A stretch of DNA of 64,000 nt, taken from assembly GCA_002753615.1 (NCBI GenBank), contig PEAO01000002.1, positions 30,261-94,260 of the forward strand, given 5' to 3'. The DNA comes from Magnetococcales bacterium DCbin2. Lineage in GTDB: Bacteria; Pseudomonadota; Magnetococcia; Magnetococcales; UBA8363. The translations under genes were made by a program, and so were the position numbers. This document shows positions 58,604 through 64,000 of this stretch, piece after piece. The first letter of the stretch is position 1. Each line of letters starts with the position of its first letter. Under the pieces are notes generated by a model that worked only from the letters and a program-made list of their open reading frames with translations, ran no database searches and was not told where the DNA came from.

Positions 58604-59689
58604 ATGAGCGATTTGTCGGCGGATATCCAGGTTAACTTCCAATCGTTCGCTGAGGACACCCCCTTTGAACTGGTCGTGGAAGATACCGACCAGGATGGCA
58701 AGAAACCGGTGCAGGTAGAATTCAACCTGTTCAGTTTCAAGTTCACAATCATTCACACCTGGGGCATCGCCACGTCCAAGGGTAAAGGAGCAGGGATCGA
58801 TTCGGATATATTGGAAAAAATGCTTGTCCCTGGAGAAAAGCGGATCAAAGTTTATTGCTCCCAAGCAGACGCTTTGTCCGTCAAGTTGATCGTGGACAAC
58901 GGAGAAAAGACGTTTGAATATTCGGATTACCAATGGGAAACCAGCAAAATATCCGCATTGGGAACCAGTTGTTGTGGCAGCGTCAAACCTGATCAATACC
59001 AGCAGACCTGGAAAGAAATCAAACGGACGGTCAAAGCAAACACAGCCATCTTCCTGGGGCGGCGATATGATCCTATCGTTGAGGCTTTGACATGGTCGGG
59101 AGAAGTAACCAAACGCTTGAGGTATTTTTACGACAACCCCCAGGTCGAGATCATGCAGAAAACCGTTTTCCGGGACAGGAAAGGAAACATCTTGCCCGAT
59201 CCGGTTTACAATCCGCAAAGGGGGACGTTTTCCACCAATGGGGAGGCCATTGGCGCAATCGTGGTGCGATACAAACCCGGATATTCTTTGTACCGGATTG
59301 TGTATGACACAGGCAAAGACGTGGCTTCGCCAGAATTGTGGGCAGAGATGAAAATGGCCTGGATCTTTGGCGACATCCACAAGGCAGAGGTTCCACCCGT
59401 GCGGTTGATTGCTATGTCCGACAAGGCAGCAGTGACTGGATCATTCCAACGTGATTATTTCCCATCTGGATACCCAAGGGTCACATTCGCAAGCAACACA
59501 AGCGATGAAGAAGTTGATGAGTGGGTGGAAGTCGCAGGGACGAGAGAAACCGTTACAACACGATTGCAACTCGATGAAGATGATCCCGATGCCTACGCTG
59601 ATATAGAAAAAATAACGTACATTGAAGGAATGGACGATGATGGAAGAACCTTTAAATTAAGGATGCTAAACGATGACGCTAAAGCTTAA
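58604..59689 (+). CDS. Tail-tip module protein (361 aa)
   Basis: Co-directional and tightly packed. Confidence 0.55.
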   Translation: MSDLSADIQVNFQSFAEDTPFELVVEDTDQDGKKPVQVEFNLFSFKFTIIHTWGIATSKGKGAGIDSDILEKMLVPGEKRIKVYCSQADALSVKLIVDNGEKTFEYSDYQWETSKISALGTSCCGSVKPDQYQQTWKEIKRTVKANTAIFLGRRYDPIVEALTWSGEVTKRLRYFYDNPQVEIMQKTVFRDRKGNILPDPVYNPQRGTFSTNGEAIGAIVVRYKPGYSLYRIVYDTGKDVASPELWAEMKMAWIFGDIHKAEVPPVRLIAMSDKAAVTGSFQRDYFPSGYPRVTFASNTSDEEVDEWVEVAGTRETVTTRLQLDEDDPDAYADIEKITYIEGMDDDGRTFKLRMLNDDAKA

Positions 59690-61457
59690 TCTTGGTCCGT
59701 TTCAGTCGATTAAGAAGCTATCGTTGCCAAAAAAAGAAATTCCTGGTTATTTTTGTCTGGGACTCACCTTCTTTTATACGCATGGTGATGGAAATGCAAA
59801 TTTTCCACCTGGGCTGATGGTTCAAGGATTGCCATTCTTTATGACCGAAAAAGATGGACCGTTGCCAGCGGGGTTTACTAACAAACATTCGAGCGAATCG
59901 CCCAATCAACCACACATGCTATATCTGGAAAATGAATTCCGAGATCCTTATGTCTCAAGTGACCCGAAGAAAAAAGAAATATATAAAAGACCGCGCATCG
60001 CACAAATGCCGATTGGCCATACTTACGCCGACGGTTATTATATATCTGATGGGCCACGGCGCGAGCATCTCTTAAATGTGAATGATCCAAGACTTAATTG
60101 GTTCAACGGTGAATATCATAGTGCTTATGCCAGGGTTGAATCAGAAATATATGATGAAGCCTTCCGGCCAGTCAGTGGAACATATAAAGCGATTGTCGGG
60201 TTTGTTGGAACGGTTGACGAGCATTTTTGCCATAATATTGATGGGCTTATTGATTTTTTTGTTCAACATGCAACTTTTCCAACGGATGATCCTTCGCATC
60301 CCAGAAGGTATATGATTAATTCAACAGTAGTCCCTTTTTCAAGGTTTTTTTGCGGACACATTGAAGCCGGGACGCTTGAAAGAACAATCGCTGCCATTCC
60401 TGGTTTAACAACGCCACTCGGACTAAGGGTGATTGGACTTGGAGAAAATTTAGTTGATAGAGGTGTTTTTAGATGCTCCCCACATGGCGCATTCCTTGGC
60501 GTAGAAAAAGACCAAGATGATCTGGCCTATCTGAACCGATATGACGTAAACCCTTATAAGCACATGTATCTCTACAGTCAAAAGCCTCCTGGGATGCCGG
60601 GGGGTAGGCCACACTTTCTTGATGATTCATGGTATAGGCGTCGCGCTTGCTTCCTTGGAGAGAAAGGAAGAGCAACCATTCGCATCATACCTTTTCTCAC
60701 TGGTAAATTGATTGTGCGGCCTATGCAATCAGAAAGAGGACTTAATGCACCTGTCGTTTACCCATACGTTTTTAATCCATCAGACAATGTACCCAATAGA
60801 CCTACAGTAAGATTTATTCCCGATAAAAAATTTTATAAGCCGATGATTGAATTTATTCATTTGACTAAGGGGATTGCTTGTTTTAATTCTATTAATTACT
60901 CGGCTGTTAGGGTGCAATATGATGAAGTTTGGGAAGCTTTTATAAAGCTCTACAATGGTGAATGGTTATCTGGAGTGCGGTCAAACCCAGGAATGAGCGG
61001 ATTTTCACCTTTCCTTATTGGCACTGTTGGAACAGATGGAGTAAAACGCATCATTGGTTACGCTGCTCCAGCCAAGGCGGATAATGCTTATTTCTCGCGA
61101 GTACAATTCTTGATGTCGTTTTTCGATCCTATCTCATTTTCTGAAATGTATGCATTGGATGGTGTTAAAGTAAATCTATATTTCCCAGAAAATGAATTAT
61201 GGTACGACAAACATTTTACCGATGGCAGTAGCAAAATAAGCGGTGTATATCCTGGAGAAGAACTCTTTCCAGAAGGTTTTGTCACCGCTCAGGGTGGAAA
61301 CGCGAGGGCTGAGGATGCAATCTTCCTGGACTCGGCATCTGAACAAATTTTCAACGCTGACGAATCTTTTGTGGATTGGAGAAATGCTTTAGTCGCAGAA
61401 TGGTATCTTGATGCGAATGGGAATCCTGTTGATGGGAATGGGTATCCTATAGATTAA
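59673..61457 (+). CDS. Large tail-module protein, visibly AT-rich (594 aa)
   Basis: Overlaps the upstream gene by 17 nt. No family recognised. Confidence 0.55.
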   Translation: MTLKLNLGPFQSIKKLSLPKKEIPGYFCLGLTFFYTHGDGNANFPPGLMVQGLPFFMTEKDGPLPAGFTNKHSSESPNQPHMLYLENEFRDPYVSSDPKKKEIYKRPRIAQMPIGHTYADGYYISDGPRREHLLNVNDPRLNWFNGEYHSAYARVESEIYDEAFRPVSGTYKAIVGFVGTVDEHFCHNIDGLIDFFVQHATFPTDDPSHPRRYMINSTVVPFSRFFCGHIEAGTLERTIAAIPGLTTPLGLRVIGLGENLVDRGVFRCSPHGAFLGVEKDQDDLAYLNRYDVNPYKHMYLYSQKPPGMPGGRPHFLDDSWYRRRACFLGEKGRATIRIIPFLTGKLIVRPMQSERGLNAPVVYPYVFNPSDNVPNRPTVRFIPDKKFYKPMIEFIHLTKGIACFNSINYSAVRVQYDEVWEAFIKLYNGEWLSGVRSNPGMSGFSPFLIGTVGTDGVKRIIGYAAPAKADNAYFSRVQFLMSFFDPISFSEMYALDGVKVNLYFPENELWYDKHFTDGSSKISGVYPGEELFPEGFVTAQGGNARAEDAIFLDSASEQIFNADESFVDWRNALVAEWYLDANGNPVDGNGYPID

Positions 61458-61480
61458 TTATCCATGTGGAGATGTTATAA

Positions 61481-62413
61481 ATGTATTCCAAATATACCTA
61501 TTCAGCCGGGGCAACGGCAGTAAACATCCTTGCCGATCTTGTGGCCATCCTAACCGGGGAAACCAACGTCGCCAACCTGTCTGCATCCTGCGACAAGCTC
61601 AACACCAGCATTCTTTCGACTATTGCTGCCGGGTGGGTGCTGCACGATGCTACTGCCGGAACAAATGCAAAGTGCATCAAAGCCCCACTCGCCGATGACC
61701 CAAACGCCTACAAGTTCGTAGTCTTGGATCTCAATACTGCCGGGTTCATTTTGCAGAAAACCTATGAGGCATGGGACGCGACAGCCCACACCGGGACGAA
61801 CCTATGCAACCTATCTGCCACCACAACCGCCGCACAACAATTTTCAACGTCCGTGACAGGCACCGTTCACATTTTTGCAACGGCGCGGTTTGTCTTGATA
61901 TTTTCAACGGTTTCTGCGGCTTGGGGAAGCTCGTCCAATGCAGGTGCAAGCGGGTGCGTGGAAAGGACAAGGGTTTGTCCATGGGATACGCCTGTTGCCG
62001 GGTGGCCCCCATTTGCGTACACAAACCTGGGCGATATGGCGACAAACAGTGGCGGCACCTATCCCCCACGAATCTTGACAAAGGTTGGGACGACGCTCCT
62101 CACGACGCAAACCCTCATGACAGCCAACGCTGGCACGCAGGGCGCGGTCCACACCATGATGTCCACGTTTGCGTCGATTGACCAGAAAGTTCCTGACGGT
62201 TCTGGCGGCTCAGTCATCCCGTTTTTCCCAATTGCATGGATGAACACGGGCAACATGCCCGCACCCTATGGTGAAATATCCTCGCTGTGTGGGATCTTTG
62301 CTTTGCCAGCGAACATCGCAACAAACCTTGATGTCATTGTGAAAGATGGACTTGATTTCATCTGTCTTCAAGCTGCCGGTTCGACAAAAATGTTCGCTGT
62401 ACGGAAGGGGTAA
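61481..62413 (+). CDS. Tail fibre/baseplate-region protein (310 aa)
   Basis: Called by position. Ala/Thr/Gly-rich. Confidence 0.5.
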   Translation: MYSKYTYSAGATAVNILADLVAILTGETNVANLSASCDKLNTSILSTIAAGWVLHDATAGTNAKCIKAPLADDPNAYKFVVLDLNTAGFILQKTYEAWDATAHTGTNLCNLSATTTAAQQFSTSVTGTVHIFATARFVLIFSTVSAAWGSSSNAGASGCVERTRVCPWDTPVAGWPPFAYTNLGDMATNSGGTYPPRILTKVGTTLLTTQTLMTANAGTQGAVHTMMSTFASIDQKVPDGSGGSVIPFFPIAWMNTGNMPAPYGEISSLCGIFALPANIATNLDVIVKDGLDFICLQAAGSTKMFAVRKG

Positions 62414-62416
62414 ACG

Positions 62417-62617
62417 ATGACTATCGCTCATGAGGTCATTATTCAGCCTACAGAATATGGCGTCCCGATACTTTACGGGGTGGATGCAGTCGGCTTCCCG
62501 CAATTCTCATTCGGCGTGAACGTAACACCAAAGATTGGATTTTTCGCCGATATAACATCGAACGAAAGCCCACCAGCGGGGACAACAGAATCTTATCAAA
62601 TCTGGAGTGATTCATGA
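62417..62617 (+). CDS. Small tail-region protein (66 aa)
   Basis: ATGA overlap with the next gene. Confidence 0.45.
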   Translation: MTIAHEVIIQPTEYGVPILYGVDAVGFPQFSFGVNVTPKIGFFADITSNESPPAGTTESYQIWSDS

Positions 62618-63585
62618 TTCGATACGCCGACAGGGTTCAACAATTCGCCACAGTATCCGGGACAGCGAGTTATGTGCTTGGTGTGGCTGTTCTTGGTTTT
62701 CGCGGGGTATTTTCCGTTTTTAACGCCGGAGAGCAGTTCTCATATTTGGCCCAACGAGGGGACACATGGGAGGTGGGGATTGGCACCGTGAATGGTGTTG
62801 GTGGGAGCGTTGATCGCACGAAGATCCTGTCGTCGTCAAACAGCAATGCCGCAGTTTCCTGGGCGAACGCATCGGTCGTTACAATCTCCTGTGTGCATGT
62901 CGCAGAACAAATTGAAGAAACGTCCAAGCAATCAACAACAATCCAAACGGTTGGACCTCTCAAAGTCCTGACAGGGCAAAATAGATGGTATCCACCGAGT
63001 GACGTAACCTTCACCAAAATGTCGGTCTGGGTCGGCGTTGCATCTTCGGGGAACATCGAATTTGTTCTCAAGAAAAACGGCATTCCTGCAATCACAGGGG
63101 CTTTAGCCGCAGGATTAAACCGCGTTGAAGCCATTTTACCAGATGCGCATGCTTATGCGTTTATCAGTTCCCCAAGCTCCCCTGACGACGTTCTTCCTGA
63201 CATCAACGACAATAATTTTTTTGATAATGTGGTTGTTTTTGTCGGTGAGCGAATTTTTCTGGACGGGGATCTTGGTAATGGTTGGCAACCAGGAGTGTTT
63301 ATCGTTGGGGGGACTCCGAATAATTACACTCTTACACCTGACACCCCACCTATGGTCGGCCAGTTAATCTACATGGCCGGGGGTGGAACTGTTGGGGTGT
63401 GGAGGAAATGGACCGGGACGCTATGGCAATGGTGGGATCTCCCACCAATCACCGATGAGATTATCAATGCGGATTCGTTCACAATCAATCTGCCGCTGAC
63501 TCACCGTGATTATTTGACCCTGGACATTACACAAGTCGGATCGCCACAACCGGGTGCCAATTTATCCGTTCGACTGATGGAATGA
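62614..63585 (+). CDS. Tail fibre/baseplate-region protein (323 aa)
   Basis: Called by position. Confidence 0.5.
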   Translation: MIRYADRVQQFATVSGTASYVLGVAVLGFRGVFSVFNAGEQFSYLAQRGDTWEVGIGTVNGVGGSVDRTKILSSSNSNAAVSWANASVVTISCVHVAEQIEETSKQSTTIQTVGPLKVLTGQNRWYPPSDVTFTKMSVWVGVASSGNIEFVLKKNGIPAITGALAAGLNRVEAILPDAHAYAFISSPSSPDDVLPDINDNNFFDNVVVFVGERIFLDGDLGNGWQPGVFIVGGTPNNYTLTPDTPPMVGQLIYMAGGGTVGVWRKWTGTLWQWWDLPPITDEIINADSFTINLPLTHRDYLTLDITQVGSPQPGANLSVRLME

Positions 63586-63589
63586 TCCA

Positions 63590-64000
63590 ATGTCCATTGC
63601 ATCCTCCGCTATCGCTACGGCTCCCATTTCCAGCGTTTTAAAAACGGGACGAGTTGTTGCTTCATGCGTTTCCGAATACGGGAATACTTGGGTTAGGTGT
63701 TCTTCTTCCCAATCCTACTCGATCCGGTTGGACGCAGCATCTGTGCAGAAATATGGCAAACCGATTGTCGTGGCGCAGGTCGTTCAATCCTATGGTCCAT
63801 TGATGGTGTCGAGCATAAACGAACATCGGTGGGAACCATGCGTAGTCGTTCAATCGTCACTGGCTGAAAGGTATGCAGACCTCTTAATCCAGGCCCAGGC
63901 ATCGTTTCCATACAGCAACGCGCCAGTTCAATATCAGCACGAACAACCCATCAATTTCAGCGTTTCAGCCTCATTGGAATCAAGTTGGTCGATCCTATCT
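63590..64000 (+). CDS. Partial ORF running off the right edge (>=137 codons)
   Basis: ATG 63590 gives MSIASSAIATAPISSVLKTGRVVASCVSEYGNTW... I found no stop to the end of the window. It is not in the track because it is incomplete. Confidence 0.5.
   Translation, partial: MSIASSAIATAPISSVLKTGRVVASCVSEYGNTWVRCSSSQSYSIRLDAASVQKYGKPIVVAQVVQSYGPLMVSSINEHRWEPCVVVQSSLAERYADLLIQAQASFPYSNAPVQYQHEQPINFSVSASLESSWSILS

Larger units (their letters stand above)
17035..64000 (+). mobile_element. Lambda-organised siphovirus-type prophage, left >=47 kb (right end beyond the window)
   Basis: The order is attL-int-lysogeny arm-cI/cro switch-early/replication-lysis-terminase-head-tail. A tRNA fragment forms the left junction. 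Confidence 0.9.

Noticed and set aside
58415-59380. 321-aa minus-strand ORF
   Set aside because: It is antisense to two tightly packed tail-module genes and has an Arg/Gly/Pro-rich shadow composition.
57188-64000. A diversity-generating retroelement or other hypervariation system in the tail-fibre region
   Set aside because: No reverse transcriptase ORF and no template/variable repeat pair are visible in the window. The right end of the prophage is not available.

Overview
Hand analysis only: no searches were run, and family names come from motif recognition. Start codons are often uncertain by a few codons.

The window has two parts.

(1) 1-17034 is chromosomal DNA.
- The first 4142 codons of a giant repetitive adhesin-like gene lie on the minus strand. 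It is absent from the ORF track because it has no stop inside the window. It has a DUF4347-like N-terminus, two LamG-like modules and many cadherin/Ig-like repeats, organised in a ~4.08-kb super-repeat.
- A Gp49/HigB-type toxin plus XRE antitoxin cassette follows. It is bracketed by a 58-bp direct repeat that duplicates the 3' end of the neighbouring gene, and the toxin is frameshifted.
- Next is a translationally coupled operon of a PPP-type metallophosphatase and a triple-SPOR lipoprotein.
- Two hypothetical genes, a bidirectional terminator and a 3' fragment of tRNA-Lys(CUU) complete this part.

(2) 17035-64000 is the left >=47 kb of a lambda-organised siphovirus-type prophage, with the tRNA fragment as attL.
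- Gene order is: integrase; a leftward lysogeny arm (KilA-N, small HTH, zinc-ribbon membrane protein, CI/S24 repressor); a Ner/Cro-like switch; and an early region.
- The early region holds AlpA, a four-member paralog family, a DUF4373-like replisome organiser, a GapR homolog, DUF3164, a C5-methyltransferase, radical SAM, a PAPS-reductase-like PP-loop protein, NADAR and a RuvC-like remnant.
- After it come the lysis genes, a ParB-N/DNA methyltransferase fusion and HU.
- The late genes are TerS/TerL(GpA)/gpW/lambda-type portal/S78 protease-capsid fusion/DUF2190, neck genes, major tail protein, a G/GT chaperone with a canonical -1 slippery site, a 1599-aa tape measure and tail-tip genes that run off the right edge.

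The most notable observations:
- A stand-alone SIR2-like gene and other reverse-oriented morons sit inside the late operon.
- A radical-SAM / PP-loop / NADAR / methyltransferase block may be a DNA-modification or counter-defence module.
- A two-gene membrane/HTH operon lies downstream of cI.
- Disabling lesions are concentrated in accessory and early genes, while the structural genes look intact.

No CRISPR array, rRNA, complete tRNA, transposase or reverse transcriptase was seen.
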